Below are positions 1 through 10,655 of a stretch of DNA of 64,000 nucleotides, piece after piece. Position numbers and translations under genes: made by a program. The notes below the pieces were generated by a model, which searched no databases, had not been told where the DNA came from, and was given only the letters and a program-made list of their open reading frames with translations. The stretch is from a virus (Duplodnaviria > Heunggongvirae > Uroviricota > Caudoviricetes): positions 238,007 to 302,006 of the IMG/VR virus record IMGVR_UViG_3300028886_000029, one strand, 5' to 3'. The number at the start of each line of letters is the position of its first letter. Position 1 is the first letter of the stretch.

Positions 1-19
1 GTAAAAACATTTTTAAATA

Positions 20-880
20 ATGGCACAAGAAATTCCACTTATTAGACAGGCTAAGGTTATTAGTGTTGACGATAAGACAGACGGTGACAGGATAAAAGTG
101 ATGCTCATACCGGAGGATGTGGGTGAGACTGTTAATGAGTATGTATATCCATTATTACCTAAAATGTTACATATAAAACCAAAAATCGGTGAATCTGTTT
201 ATGTGCTAACCGCCATAGCAACTGATGGCCATAGCCAAAGATTTTATATCGGTCCTATAATCACACAACCCACACACATGGAATATGAACCGTATTATAT
301 GGACGCAAGCGCGTTAAATAGAGGTTCAATAGTAAAACCTGATGAAGCACCATCAATGAATCCCAACACAAATGGTGCATTTCCAAAAGAGAATGATATT
401 TCCATTGAAGGTAGAAAAAACACAAGCATACAACTTACCGATAACGATGTAAGGATTAAAGCGGGTGTTAAAGTAAGTGACAAGACAAGTCCAAGAAAAG
501 TCACATTTAATAGAAAAAATCCAGCTTATATTAAAGCGAAATACAACGAACAAACACAAACAACCAATGACGGACAGGAATACCAAAGTAGTGTGGCGAT
601 TGTTGGGGACAAAATCAACCTTATTGGAAACAACGCAGGTTTTAAAACCACTGACCCAGATGAACTGATTTCTGATGAGGAAATGAAAAAAATTGTGGAA
701 AAGGCACACCAATTACCATACGGTGATATATTGGTTGAGTTCCTTACCCTTTTTAGAAACGCCTTTCTTACACATACACATTCATATATCGGTTTACCGA
801 CATGTCCTGACGCATCAGTTGTTAATGTGATGAATTATGACTTGTCAAAAATGCTATCTGACGATGTAAGAACAACATAA
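20..880 (+). CDS. Baseplate central spike / gp5-gpV-like protein
   Basis: N-terminal OB-fold-like segment (AKVISVDD...RIKV...YPLLPK...PKIGESVYV) and a C-terminal HxH apex motif (FLTHTHSY), typical of contractile-tail spikes. Confidence 0.6.
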   Translation: MAQEIPLIRQAKVISVDDKTDGDRIKVMLIPEDVGETVNEYVYPLLPKMLHIKPKIGESVYVLTAIATDGHSQRFYIGPIITQPTHMEYEPYYMDASALNRGSIVKPDEAPSMNPNTNGAFPKENDISIEGRKNTSIQLTDNDVRIKAGVKVSDKTSPRKVTFNRKNPAYIKAKYNEQTQTTNDGQEYQSSVAIVGDKINLIGNNAGFKTTDPDELISDEEMKKIVEKAHQLPYGDILVEFLTLFRNAFLTHTHSYIGLPTCPDASVVNVMNYDLSKMLSDDVRTT

Positions 881-908
881 TAAAAGTCCACTTTTTAGTG
901 GACTTTTA
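881..908. terminator. Bidirectional intrinsic terminator
   Basis: taaaagtccact-tttt-agtggactttta hairpin between convergent genes. Confidence 0.8.
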
Positions 909-2417
909 TTATTCATATCTTTCTGTTACATCACTTATGATTGTAAATCTTAAAGCGTTTCTATAGTATTTTTCCTCTCTTCCTGTTCTTACTCTAATAT
1001 CAATATAATAATTATTGGGAACCAAATCTTCGGTATATACCATGAAAAAGTTGTGTAAAAATCCCTTTTCAATGGGCGTATAATCAATCACATCCACTTC
1101 CCTTGTACCATCCATAACATATAGTCTATATTCAGCGGAATCAATCAACTCCATTTTTTCACTTTCAAACTCTTTTCTGAAGTCAACTGTTACCTCCCTA
1201 ATATCACCCCTGCGGATTTTTTCAGCATCATTTATGCCATACAAACTTGGTACAAAACTTTTCCTCACATCAAAATGCTTACCTGTGTGAATATATTTTC
1301 CTAATGGATGAATTTCAAATTCCATTTCAACATCGTCCAATTTTTGACCATTATAAGCCAAATTAGACCATAAATCATAACCAATGGTTCCACCCTCCAT
1401 CTCCATGTCTTCTGTTGAAATTTGAGTGAAATATACCCCTTTTTGGGCTTGTTTCACTTCAAAAGGTACATCATTAATTGAACATGTGGGCAACTCATCC
1501 AAATTTTCAGGAAAACCGTTAATTGTTGAATACAGATAAAGTCTATTCTGTTTACCTATACAGAAATTTTCCCTGTCATCTGATATTGTTTCGGAATAAA
1601 CACACTCCACATACGGATGGAAAAAAGTGTTAGTGTTATTAGTGAAAAAACCGACATACTGTGGTATTTTTGTCTCGGTTTTTTCCAACTGAGGCACAAA
1701 CATTAGTCCAATACCATAATTACAATCACCATTGATTATGCTCATTACATAACTGGTTATGTCCATTGAGAGGTTTTCATTACCGAAATCAAAATGTTGT
1801 TTGTTAATGATTATTGATTCCTCACCATCCCTATACTTTTTATATTGCTCTTCCAAATATTCTTTTGAATAAACACCACCATCAAGATATATTTTTTTTC
1901 TTATACCATCCTCAAGTACCCAAATGTGGTCATTAATTAGGTTAAGGTTAGGATTATTCAAATCAATTTTATCCTCATCCACTTGCCATACTTTACCGTC
2001 TTGTGAAAAATACCAGTTAGAAGCGTGATTATCAAAAGACCTGTTATTGTTAATCCAAAAATCCGCCACAAAATCAAAACCTCTACCCTCATCAAAGAAA
2101 AACGGTAATTTAAATGCTATAATATCAAAAGAAGCGGCTCTTTGTTTAACTTCTTTACCTGATAGTAATAATTTGGCGTTAGGATAACCATCAACTGAGA
2201 AACAATTTGTCATTTTTAATGTGAATTTTAATTTGCTTGTGTCGGCGAATGTTTTATCTTCCACAAGAGATTTTATTTCATCACAATCAAAATGAATAAG
2301 CCCCCTTGATATAAATGACCCACCATAATTCAGTTCCATGACAGGATTAAGACCAAGGTTCGCATAAGATTTTTCTACAATTGTATTTACTTTATCTAAA
2401 AAGAAATGTCTTACCAT
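909..2417 (-). CDS. Conserved hypothetical, probable virion structural protein
   Basis: 502-aa ORF with beta-rich C-terminus, preceded by the ACTATTTAT late-type motif. Confidence 0.5.
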   Translation of the reverse strand: MVRHFFLDKVNTIVEKSYANLGLNPVMELNYGGSFISRGLIHFDCDEIKSLVEDKTFADTSKLKFTLKMTNCFSVDGYPNAKLLLSGKEVKQRAASFDIIAFKLPFFFDEGRGFDFVADFWINNNRSFDNHASNWYFSQDGKVWQVDEDKIDLNNPNLNLINDHIWVLEDGIRKKIYLDGGVYSKEYLEEQYKKYRDGEESIIINKQHFDFGNENLSMDITSYVMSIINGDCNYGIGLMFVPQLEKTETKIPQYVGFFTNNTNTFFHPYVECVYSETISDDRENFCIGKQNRLYLYSTINGFPENLDELPTCSINDVPFEVKQAQKGVYFTQISTEDMEMEGGTIGYDLWSNLAYNGQKLDDVEMEFEIHPLGKYIHTGKHFDVRKSFVPSLYGINDAEKIRRGDIREVTVDFRKEFESEKMELIDSAEYRLYVMDGTREVDVIDYTPIEKGFLHNFFMVYTEDLVPNNYYIDIRVRTGREEKYYRNALRFTIISDVTERYE

Positions 2418-2439
2418 AATATTTTTTTCTGTTTTATAT

Positions 2440-2448
2440 ATAAATAGT
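2440..2448 (-). promoter_or_regulatory. Putative late promoter ACTATTTAT
   Basis: Motif 23 nt upstream of 909..2417; it recurs upstream of many structural genes. Confidence 0.6.
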
Positions 2449-2503
2449 TAGGTTATTAGAAAAGATTTTCTTTTATTTTCTCTGTTTTTTTTATGCATCA
2501 TCA

Positions 2504-2512
2504 ACTATTTAT
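2504..2512 (+). promoter_or_regulatory. Putative late promoter ACTATTTAT
   Basis: Divergent copy upstream of phoH. Confidence 0.5.
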
Positions 2513-2581
2513 TATCAGTTGAAGGAATTATTTTCTGGCCAGAAAATTTAAAATAGGAAATAATTATCTAAAACTATATAA

Positions 2582-3313
2582 ATGGGAAAAAAGAAAAAAG
2601 AAGTGTCTGCTGTGACAGATACTGTGCTTGAACAATATGTGGATAAGCCTTTAAGGTATAAAATTAATTTAAAGTGTAAAAATCAGAAACAAAAAGAACT
2701 GGTTAACACGATAAAGGACAATCAAATCACTATTGTTGAAGGTGTTTTTGGCGTTGGAAAAACATTCGTTATCAACTCCATAGCATTAGACATGTTAAAA
2801 AATCAAGAAGTAGAAAAAATCATATTAATATTACCCACCTGTTCCAATTCCAGTTTTTCCCTTGGTCATTTACCGGGAACATTAGAAGACAAAATATATA
2901 ATTTCGCTCTCAATGAATTGGATAGTTTTAAAAAGATTCTTGAAAAGTCGGGTAATGAGAATCCAAATCAAATAATAAATAAATTGGTTGAAGACGAAAA
3001 AATAGAAATCAGACCAATATCTTTTTTAAGAGGCGCAAGTCTATCCAACGCCTTTATGTGCGTCTCCGAAGCCGAACAATTTACAAAAGAGGACTTGTTT
3101 TTAATTATTTCAAGGTTTGAATCAGGAAAAATGGTTATATCAGGTGACCCCTTACAAACAGACAGAAAAGAAGTGAGAGGTGGTAATAGTGGCCTTTTAC
3201 ATGCGATGGAAAGACTTACTGACATTGATGGTGTGGGTATTGTTAAGTTTTCTGAAAAAGATATTGTGAGAAACGACATACTTTTAGAAATATATAATAA
3301 ATGGAAAAACTAG
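2582..3313 (+). CDS. phoH: PhoH-family ATPase
   Basis: Walker A GVFGVGKT, LGHLPG, FLRGASL, ISGDPLQTD and DIVRN motifs. Confidence 0.9.
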   Translation: MGKKKKEVSAVTDTVLEQYVDKPLRYKINLKCKNQKQKELVNTIKDNQITIVEGVFGVGKTFVINSIALDMLKNQEVEKIILILPTCSNSSFSLGHLPGTLEDKIYNFALNELDSFKKILEKSGNENPNQIINKLVEDEKIEIRPISFLRGASLSNAFMCVSEAEQFTKEDLFLIISRFESGKMVISGDPLQTDRKEVRGGNSGLLHAMERLTDIDGVGIVKFSEKDIVRNDILLEIYNKWKN

Positions 3314-3361
3314 TTGCCCAAGATACCTATGTGTGTCCATAAGGTTATGTTATGGTTTTTC

Positions 3362-3386
3362 GCCACCTTAAAAAAGGTGGTTTTTT
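3362..3386 (+). terminator. Intrinsic terminator
   Basis: gccacctt-aaaa-aaggtggt followed by a T-run. Confidence 0.65.
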
Positions 3387-3448
3387 CTTGTATTTAACTT
3401 GACTTTTATAATAAAATGTTTTATATTAATATAAAACATTTTATTAAT

Positions 3449-3892
3449 ATGCAAAAGAAAATTACCAGTAATGTAAAGATAGATGTTAAGAACGGAAAAC
3501 TTAATGTTAAAACTGTTGACAAAAAAAGCATGAGTGTGATTTATTTTGAAGGTGGTTTTTATGTTAAACCGAAAACAGAGGACAACTATACATTTCTTTT
3601 TAACAAAATTAAAAAGGAAATGATAAAATACACTAAAGATAACATTGAAAACAGTAAGTATTTTGAAAAAGATTATAGATTTTTCATTGATATTGCTGAC
3701 GAAAGAATCGCGTTCAACAAACCATCATTTCTCACATTCCAATTATATGTCAAACCAACAACTGAAATAATTAACTCAACAAAAAATTTTAAGGAAATGG
3801 TCAAAAAAGTATATTCAGAAAAAGAAATACTTGAAAAATATCAGACTATTTTTGAAAACAATAACTTTACTGTAAGTAAAACCAAATGTTAA
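3449..3892 (+). CDS. Hypothetical protein
   Basis: Open frame; start taken at the second ATG (MQKK). Confidence 0.55.
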   Translation: MQKKITSNVKIDVKNGKLNVKTVDKKSMSVIYFEGGFYVKPKTEDNYTFLFNKIKKEMIKYTKDNIENSKYFEKDYRFFIDIADERIAFNKPSFLTFQLYVKPTTEIINSTKNFKEMVKKVYSEKEILEKYQTIFENNNFTVSKTKC

Positions 3893-3901
3893 ACTATTTA
3901 T
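3893..3901 (+). promoter_or_regulatory. Putative late promoter ACTATTTAT
   Basis: Motif 20 nt before the ATG at 3921. Confidence 0.6.
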
Positions 3902-3920
3902 ATTAAAATAGTTTTTAATA

Positions 3921-4310
3921 ATGGCACAGGAATTTTATTTGATAAGAGGGAGTGTTAATCCTTGTCTTAGGATGGAATTAATTAACGATGGGAGATATGA
4001 CTATAAAAAGTCTTTTTTTGACAACGCGCTACAAGATAGTATTGTTTTTTTCTCAATGAGAAACGCTGAAACCGGTATATTGAAAATCGCCAAACAAAAA
4101 GCGGAAATAGTTCTTGCCAAATCCGAAGGATGTGAAGAGAAATATATTCTTCAATATAAATGGAAAGAAAGGGAAGTTAAAGAACCAGGAATATATGAAG
4201 GTTGGTTTGAAATAAAATTTAATGGCGACTTAACTCAGGATGGAATAGAATACCCAAAAGGTAATTTGAAAGTACCAATTGAAGAACCACTATTGATTTA
4301 TATTAAATAA
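3921..4310 (+). CDS. Probable structural protein (BppU N-terminal/Ig-like)
   Basis: QYKW...PGIYEGWFEIKF...LKVP pattern resembles baseplate upper-protein domains; late motif upstream. Confidence 0.4.
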   Translation: MAQEFYLIRGSVNPCLRMELINDGRYDYKKSFFDNALQDSIVFFSMRNAETGILKIAKQKAEIVLAKSEGCEEKYILQYKWKEREVKEPGIYEGWFEIKFNGDLTQDGIEYPKGNLKVPIEEPLLIYIK

Positions 4311-4313
4311 GAA

Positions 4314-4340
4314 AAAAGAGAACTATTTTAGTTCTCTTTT
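4314..4340. terminator. Bidirectional intrinsic terminator
   Basis: aaaagagaacta-ttt-tagttctctttt between convergent genes. Confidence 0.8.
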
Positions 4341-4350
4341 ATTATTTTTA

Positions 4351-5049
4351 TTACGCCAATTCAGGGTATTTATTAATTATTCTGTTTCTTAGGTTTTTTA
4401 TTTTACCTTCATAATTTTTATCTTGGGCATATCTTAAACCCTTCTTATTCACAAAATTTCCTGGTGATAACAATTCATCAATTGTTTTGTCCGCAAGATA
4501 ATTATTTTTCATAAGGTTTATGTAAGGTTGTATACTACTATCTTGGTTTGCATATTTACAGACATCTTTTCCATTATCATATGACCCAACCGACCAAACA
4601 CTGTTTGTTCTCCTTGCTCTATTTGTCATACCAAAACAACTTTCTTGATGTGCTTGTGCAAGTAACAACGGTAAATCAAAACCATTCTCATCACAAATAT
4701 CAACAATCTTTTCAGGAGACAACTGTAAATTTTCCATGGAAAACCCCTGGTTTTTCAAGGCTGTCTCAATATATTTTGTCACAGCATCAATTCTTTTTTG
4801 TCTTTGTGTATTAGTACTCAACTCAACACCAACCTCCTTTTTTAAAAAATCTTTTTCTGACCCAGGTAAATTAAGGGCATTTATTGAAAATAAAATAGTG
4901 GAAGCGGCAATACCGGCGGTAAGTGCTGCTTTATATTTTTGAACAAGTTGTTTTAGTGACACTGATTCATCAATCTCACCAATAGCCTCATTTAATGTAT
5001 ACAAATCTTTGACTATATTGAACTGTTCTTCTGTTATGATAAGTCTCAT
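4351..5049 (-). CDS. Glucosaminidase/lysozyme-like peptidoglycan hydrolase with IITE leader
   Basis: LLAQAHQESCFG, NSVWSVG and YAQDKNY motifs (GH73-like); N-terminus MRLIITEEQF. Confidence 0.7.
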   Translation of the reverse strand: MRLIITEEQFNIVKDLYTLNEAIGEIDESVSLKQLVQKYKAALTAGIAASTILFSINALNLPGSEKDFLKKEVGVELSTNTQRQKRIDAVTKYIETALKNQGFSMENLQLSPEKIVDICDENGFDLPLLLAQAHQESCFGMTNRARRTNSVWSVGSYDNGKDVCKYANQDSSIQPYINLMKNNYLADKTIDELLSPGNFVNKKGLRYAQDKNYEGKIKNLRNRIINKYPELA

Positions 5050-5984
5050 CCAAATAATTCGGTTATCTCAACAATATTATTTATGTCTTCTGATAATGTT
5101 TCACTGGAATATTTCTTTTTAGCGATTTGTTCATAAATGCCATTAAGCCTTTTAACAGATTCATTATCATTGACCGATATAAAATAATTAACTTTATCAT
5201 TTATCTTGTTAAGACACTCTTTAAGATATTTGTTAAATACAGATTCTGAATCACTTGAAGAAAGTATCTCATTAACAATTTTTCTTTCAGTGTCAGACAA
5301 GTTATTGTACCGCTCATTATAGGATTCAACAAGGTTATCAAAATTAGTGTTAACATCTTTACTCTTACTGAGTACAAGTGAATGTTCTCTTGATTCAATA
5401 TCTTCCCTTATGGTTTTAATTGCAAAACTAAATTCAGGTAGGTTCTTTGTTGTTGACTTGTTCTCAACAACATACTCAATTGCGGCGTTTAAACTTTCCT
5501 TATTTTCAGGAAGAATATTATCTAAACTTTCCTCTTTTTCAGGAAGATTCTTCTTAATGATGTGATATGCCTCATTAAGCACATCCCCTAATTTTTTGAC
5601 ATCCTCCTTAATTGTTTTCTTATTGATATCTTTTTCGGTTGATACCAATGTGTTTATGAAATAATTCACATCCGTATCCTTTCCTGTCCTTCTAACACTT
5701 TCGTAGACACCGTGAAGTATACCAAGATTTTTATTTTCTCTTATTGTTTTTATATATTTCTTGATGATTTTTTTTCCTTCTTTGTTCTCAAACAAATAAG
5801 GTGTGAATTCCTCAAAACAGTTTTTGATGTAGCCGAAAGACGACTCTGAAAGTTGTTTACCAAACTCATTGGTTCTCATTTCAGATAAACGCTCATTAAT
5901 CTCACAATTAATTTTTTCTTGTGCCTCTTTAAGTGTTTTAATGTCTTTAATCTCATTAAAATTTATATTATAATATTTGTCCAT
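5046..5984 (-). CDS. Hypothetical protein (head module)
   Basis: 312-aa ORF downstream of the portal; late motif at 6001-6009. Confidence 0.55.
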   Translation of the reverse strand: MDKYYNINFNEIKDIKTLKEAQEKINCEINERLSEMRTNEFGKQLSESSFGYIKNCFEEFTPYLFENKEGKKIIKKYIKTIRENKNLGILHGVYESVRRTGKDTDVNYFINTLVSTEKDINKKTIKEDVKKLGDVLNEAYHIIKKNLPEKEESLDNILPENKESLNAAIEYVVENKSTTKNLPEFSFAIKTIREDIESREHSLVLSKSKDVNTNFDNLVESYNERYNNLSDTERKIVNEILSSSDSESVFNKYLKECLNKINDKVNYFISVNDNESVKRLNGIYEQIAKKKYSSETLSEDINNIVEITELFG

Positions 5985-6012
5985 ATCTCATTTTTTTCTA
6001 ATAAATAGTTAA

Positions 6013-8088
6013 TTAATCTGTTTTGTCATCATCTAAATCAATAATATCTTCATCATCTATATCTTCTTCATCATTTTTGTCCGGAAGAATGCTATTATCA
6101 AGCACGTTATCAATGTGATTGAGAAGGTTATTTATTTCTTCGGTCAAAAAAACATTTTGTTTTTCAAATGTGTCGTTTTCCTCGACATATTCAGGGTCTG
6201 ACCTCATTGATTTATCCAACATATCAAAATATTGTTCGGTAAATGTTTTAACTTCATTTAGCAATGGTTTATTGCTCCTTCTTGATGATTCCATTGGTGT
6301 GCCGTTATCAGCATTAGGTGCTTGACTCATATCCATCTCAGATTCAGAACCGCCAATATCACCCATATCCTCACTCCCTGCGCTACCCAAAGAGTCCATA
6401 TTTAATGAGCCGCCACCCATCATGTCGCCGCCGCCCATGCCACCTGAGCCACCCATCATATCATCATTTTCACCCTGCTGTTGTTGTGGTTGAGGATTGT
6501 TCATGGCATCATAGTCACCATAAATATTGTCTGTCTCATCAAACATACCAGTTTTTTTAATTATGTTGGCTGTTTGTTGCAATTCAGCTGCCATTGCCTT
6601 TTCAAGCCTAATTTCGTTAAGCATATCCTTAATCTCACCATCAGACATTTTCATGATTTTTTTCAAAACCATGTGTAAAGACATCAAAGGCATACCAATA
6701 CCAGGGTCGGCTAATGCCGCTGTTGCTGTTTGTATTCTCTTTGTTAAGTCCTCCAACTCAAGTGCCTCAATTTGTGCTGACGGATTGTTTAATGATAATG
6801 TGAAATTGGTTATCTCATCGTCAAGTCCAAGGAAATGAAGGTGAACCGCTGCCACTTTGTTTAATTCAAGTAACAGGAATTGTTGGATGGTGTTAACCAT
6901 TCTACAAAACCTTATATCAGTTAATGACATGTTCTGTCCTTTACCCTGTGCGTCTTGGAAATTCAAGAAAGGTCTTGGTATTCTTAACGCTGTAAGGATT
7001 TTGTTTTGCATATAATTGATGTCATCCATTGAAGTTGGGTTTTGTGCGGAGGGCATTGCCTCAATTGATGTAGGCTCATCAGCAGACCTCACAGGTATAA
7101 ACACATCTTGGTCAACCGCAAGGAAGTTTTTACGTAAATCAACTTGCCCTGTCTCTGGGTCAATGATTGGTGTTCGTTTAAAACCATCGGCGATTTGTTG
7201 TATATATGCAGGAACATCCTGATTGTCAATCGCTCCGACATATACCTTATACACCCTTCTCTCAACACTTTTATCAAGCCTGTAAATCAACATGGCATCT
7301 TCCATCATACTCCACATTCTCCAAGCCCTTCTTGCTTTATGAAGTAAACTGGTACCATAAGGCAAAAATAAACTGTCTTTAAGAAGTCTGAAATGCGCTA
7401 CTTGCCAATCTTGATATGCCATTGACTCATTATGACCAACCCAAACAAATTTTGTCTCATCGGGTTTTAAATCATTAACTTGCCCTGGTAACATGCCACT
7501 GTACATGGAAGCATAACCATTCTCTAACCTGTCCATTTCATAAACAGGTAACTGTTTCCATCCCATAACACCTTTACCTGCCACAACATTCAAAAGCATA
7601 TATTGGTTACCGTACTTACACATTGCCCTTGCAATCATAGGTAACATAATGTGTGTCTGAAGATTTTTGTAAAACAAATTCTCCAATATACCTTTTACTC
7701 TCTTTGATTTGGAACTTACTCTCAACATTACACCATCAGAAGAAAAACAAGTCGCTTCCTCAGAGTAAACATCAAGGGCTGAACCGATTTCAGGTGTCGC
7801 GTCCATAAGGTCAGCGTCCCTGAACATAAGTTTAACCGCGTTATAACTTGCAAGACTTTCAAGAGAATTGTCAACGCCTGCTTTCACCCATTGATATGAA
7901 AGTGTTTTCTGTTGCTTATATTGTAACAGTTTTCTTTCATAATCTTCTTTGTCTTTTGTTGTATATAACACCCTGTTTGTCGCTGTCGTCCCAGCTGTAA
8001 CAGGTGTTCTTGTTATGTCATAAGGCACACTGTTACCAAATAACAGTGTACCCATTCTTTGAAATACTGTTGGTCTATTTTCAGCCAT
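6013..8088 (-). CDS. Portal protein (T4 gp20-like)
   Basis: MMEDAMLIYRL..SVERRVYKVYVG, DINYMQNKILTALRIP and DIRFCRMV motifs of gp20; acidic Gly/Met-rich C-terminal tail. Confidence 0.92.
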   Translation of the reverse strand: MAENRPTVFQRMGTLLFGNSVPYDITRTPVTAGTTATNRVLYTTKDKEDYERKLLQYKQQKTLSYQWVKAGVDNSLESLASYNAVKLMFRDADLMDATPEIGSALDVYSEEATCFSSDGVMLRVSSKSKRVKGILENLFYKNLQTHIMLPMIARAMCKYGNQYMLLNVVAGKGVMGWKQLPVYEMDRLENGYASMYSGMLPGQVNDLKPDETKFVWVGHNESMAYQDWQVAHFRLLKDSLFLPYGTSLLHKARRAWRMWSMMEDAMLIYRLDKSVERRVYKVYVGAIDNQDVPAYIQQIADGFKRTPIIDPETGQVDLRKNFLAVDQDVFIPVRSADEPTSIEAMPSAQNPTSMDDINYMQNKILTALRIPRPFLNFQDAQGKGQNMSLTDIRFCRMVNTIQQFLLLELNKVAAVHLHFLGLDDEITNFTLSLNNPSAQIEALELEDLTKRIQTATAALADPGIGMPLMSLHMVLKKIMKMSDGEIKDMLNEIRLEKAMAAELQQTANIIKKTGMFDETDNIYGDYDAMNNPQPQQQQGENDDMMGGSGGMGGGDMMGGGSLNMDSLGSAGSEDMGDIGGSESEMDMSQAPNADNGTPMESSRRSNKPLLNEVKTFTEQYFDMLDKSMRSDPEYVEENDTFEKQNVFLTEEINNLLNHIDNVLDNSILPDKNDEEDIDDEDIIDLDDDKTD

Positions 8089-8140
8089 ATAATTTTCTAA
8101 TTTCTTTTAAAATAATTGTTTAAACCCACAAAGTAAATGT

Positions 8141-9274
8141 TTAATAATTGTTTTCCACCTTTGATGGTAATGCGGTAAAACTGTTTACACCATACTTTTT
8201 CAATATATCAGCAGCAAATCTCATTATATTCAATGAATCATCGTCACCAACCTCATGATTAAGTTTCCTTAAAGGCGCATTACATGTGTTTGACAATAAA
8301 TTACAACTTTCGGCATATGAATTTCCCCATCTTCCACTTAGTTCCTTTCTTACAATATTAATGTATTTGGCTAAATTATATTTTTTTAATGTTGTGGCTA
8401 TTATTTTATCCTTGTCGTTACTCCTATATATCTCACCAAGTGTTAAAACATTAAACAATTCTGTAAGTACATTAATTTTCTTTCTTTCACCCATGAATCC
8501 CTGTGATGTCCGATATGCCTCAGTCTCATTGTACTCTTTATTATCACCACCTTCATATGCTTTATCATATAATGATTTCATTTGGTCATTAATGGTGTTT
8601 TCAGTCATATAATTAAAGTCTTTGAGATTATTGTAAACATTTGTGTTTATTTTCAATCTTTCGGAACCAAGAGTATAAATCAATGCGGCCTTTTCTAATT
8701 CGTTATTAATCCTTTTGTTAATATCATCAATATATTTTTGTATTTTAGTGTTTTCCAATCTATCGGTTCTTGGGTCAATATAGACATCAAGCCTTGTTAT
8801 ATATTTAGAGAATTCAGGTATTGACGGTTCATAAGACACAATTCTGTCTTCCATTTCAAAATTATGGTGTGTTTGCCTTGACCGTGTTAAACCTCTACCG
8901 TAAGTGCTATCATTTTCAGGTTTGTAATAACTTTGTTTACCCATGTTCGTACCCCAATAATCAATTGGTTTACCTGTAAGATTGTTCATGATTTTTTGCC
9001 CATCAATTTGTATTCTCACACAACTACCCATATGTCCAGCATAACCTAATTCCTTACTTCTACTTCTTTGTGTTGACAAATAAAATAGCCTTTTGTTATC
9101 ATATGCGTCAGAAGAATTGGTGGACATTGTTAAATAAATCTCATTTTTCTTAAGTATATTGAGACAATTTTCTAAACTGGTAAAATGATAAACTATATTA
9201 CTAATTCCCTCAGAAAGTATCTTTTTAACACTTTCCGTTACCATATATAAAATATCACCTTCACTAAATACCAT
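8141..9274 (-). CDS. Putative ADP-ribosyltransferase-fold protein with capsid-cargo-like leader
   Basis: VYHFTS...NILK...YLSTQRS...EMEDRI resembles an ART core; leader DILYMVTESVKKILSE. Confidence 0.4.
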   Translation of the reverse strand: MVFSEGDILYMVTESVKKILSEGISNIVYHFTSLENCLNILKKNEIYLTMSTNSSDAYDNKRLFYLSTQRSRSKELGYAGHMGSCVRIQIDGQKIMNNLTGKPIDYWGTNMGKQSYYKPENDSTYGRGLTRSRQTHHNFEMEDRIVSYEPSIPEFSKYITRLDVYIDPRTDRLENTKIQKYIDDINKRINNELEKAALIYTLGSERLKINTNVYNNLKDFNYMTENTINDQMKSLYDKAYEGGDNKEYNETEAYRTSQGFMGERKKINVLTELFNVLTLGEIYRSNDKDKIIATTLKKYNLAKYINIVRKELSGRWGNSYAESCNLLSNTCNAPLRKLNHEVGDDDSLNIMRFAADILKKYGVNSFTALPSKVENNY

Positions 9275-9278
9275 ACTC

Positions 9279-9470
9279 TTACTTCTCTAAACATTTTATA
9301 CAACCAACACCATTTAAGTGCTGATAAACAGTCTGATAAAACAAACCATGAATGGGGCAAACAATTGGTACAGGTGTGTCATTTTCTAATATGGTGTCAG
9401 GGACACCGCCGTAACCGTACTTGTTTCCATGAACCAAAACCGCTTTGGCTATAAACTCATCTCTTCCCAT
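9279..9470 (-). CDS. Single zinc-binding repeat; remnant of a Hef/Vsr-type homing endonuclease
   Basis: FIAKAVLVHGNKYGY...IVCPIHGLFYQ...HLNGVGCIKC matches the repeat unit of the endonucleases at 21590 and 23647 but has no nuclease domain. Confidence 0.65.
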   Translation of the reverse strand: MGRDEFIAKAVLVHGNKYGYGGVPDTILENDTPVPIVCPIHGLFYQTVYQHLNGVGCIKCLEK

Positions 9471-9473
9471 GCC

Positions 9474-10613
9474 TTAAATATACATTAAACCAAGAGGTGT
9501 TTTTTGTTGAATTTTAAGTTGAGCGTCAACTAAATCAGCATGTTCCTTCATCATGTTTACCGGTCTTAACCTTTCCAATCTTTTTTGCAGATTATCCATT
9601 GTCTTGTCATATTCCTCTTTACCTTGCTGAATTAACATTTGATAATCCATTGTCATTTCAGCCTGTGGAATATTAACTTTACCACTGAATTTACCTCGTA
9701 TAAGACCCAATGTTTGTTTTGCCTTGGCAACTAATAACTGTCTGACAATTGTTTTTGCAGGGTCATTTAAAAACGCATAGTCAATATCTTTCATTGACAC
9801 TTGGTCAGGTCTTAAAATAACATCATTGGCGTGAAATCTTTCACACTCATCGGCATCCTCAGGACTGGTGGTATCATAATAAGTATACCAAACCTCACAA
9901 CCACACAAGCCGAAGATATTTCCATGTATACCACTAAAACCAAAAGATAACCTACTACCAGGTGTGGACATTAAGTGGATTAAATGTGTTCCGTCAGGTC
10001 CTGCTGTAACTTTGTACGTTAAATCACTACTGAACAAACTTCGTTTGAAATTTAAATCCGCCGCAGTATAAGCAATGTCAGATACCTGTGTGGTATAAAA
10101 ACCACTACCTCTACCATAACCGGCAGGAAAACCAATAGGTCCCATACCAGGCATCACACCTAATCCTGCGCTATATGCCCCATTACCAAATATGGCAATG
10201 TCAGTCATGGACGGGTTAACCCACATAACTTTATTAACTGTTCTTCCTGAAGGGACAACATAAACCTGTTTACCTGTCTCTATTTTGAAAAAATCCTTTT
10301 TCAGTTCCCATGGTCCCTCTTGTTGCAAACCAACCTCTTTTGAAAACCAATAAGAATAGTCTTTGGTTAAATCCAATGTTCTCATCATGAACCCTCTTGC
10401 TAATGCGGCGTTGTCAGCGGAGTACTTACCGTAAAAAGACATCCAATTGTTGGTGATTATCTCATTTTGTACAACTTCCGAGTAATCACCAATGGAAACA
10501 TTTAACAAATTACAAAGTATCTCATCTGTAAGTTCAACCGCACGAACAGGTGCCCCCAAAATGCTTCTTACGGTGTTAAACAATTCATTTATTTCGTTAG
10601 TAACTTTAGTCAT
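9474..10613 (-). CDS. Neck / head-tail adaptor protein (T4 gp13-like)
   Basis: SILGAPVRAVEL at the N-terminus and AKAKQTLGLIRGKFSG near the C-terminus; located between terminase and portal. Confidence 0.75.
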   Translation of the reverse strand: MTKVTNEINELFNTVRSILGAPVRAVELTDEILCNLLNVSIGDYSEVVQNEIITNNWMSFYGKYSADNAALARGFMMRTLDLTKDYSYWFSKEVGLQQEGPWELKKDFFKIETGKQVYVVPSGRTVNKVMWVNPSMTDIAIFGNGAYSAGLGVMPGMGPIGFPAGYGRGSGFYTTQVSDIAYTAADLNFKRSLFSSDLTYKVTAGPDGTHLIHLMSTPGSRLSFGFSGIHGNIFGLCGCEVWYTYYDTTSPEDADECERFHANDVILRPDQVSMKDIDYAFLNDPAKTIVRQLLVAKAKQTLGLIRGKFSGKVNIPQAEMTMDYQMLIQQGKEEYDKTMDNLQKRLERLRPVNMMKEHADLVDAQLKIQQKTPLGLMYI

Positions 10614-10629
10614 AATGCCATATTTTTAT

Positions 10630-10638
10630 ATAAATAGT
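10630..10638 (-). promoter_or_regulatory. Putative late promoter ACTATTTAT
   Basis: Motif 17 nt upstream of the neck gene. Confidence 0.6.
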
Positions 10639-10655
10639 TGTTTTCTTTTTAAAAA

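Noticed and set aside
3314-3415. Weak hairpin (acctatg...cataaggt) after phoH as an ncRNA
   Set aside because: The stem is short and imperfect, occurs once, and is adequately explained as 3' UTR before the terminator.
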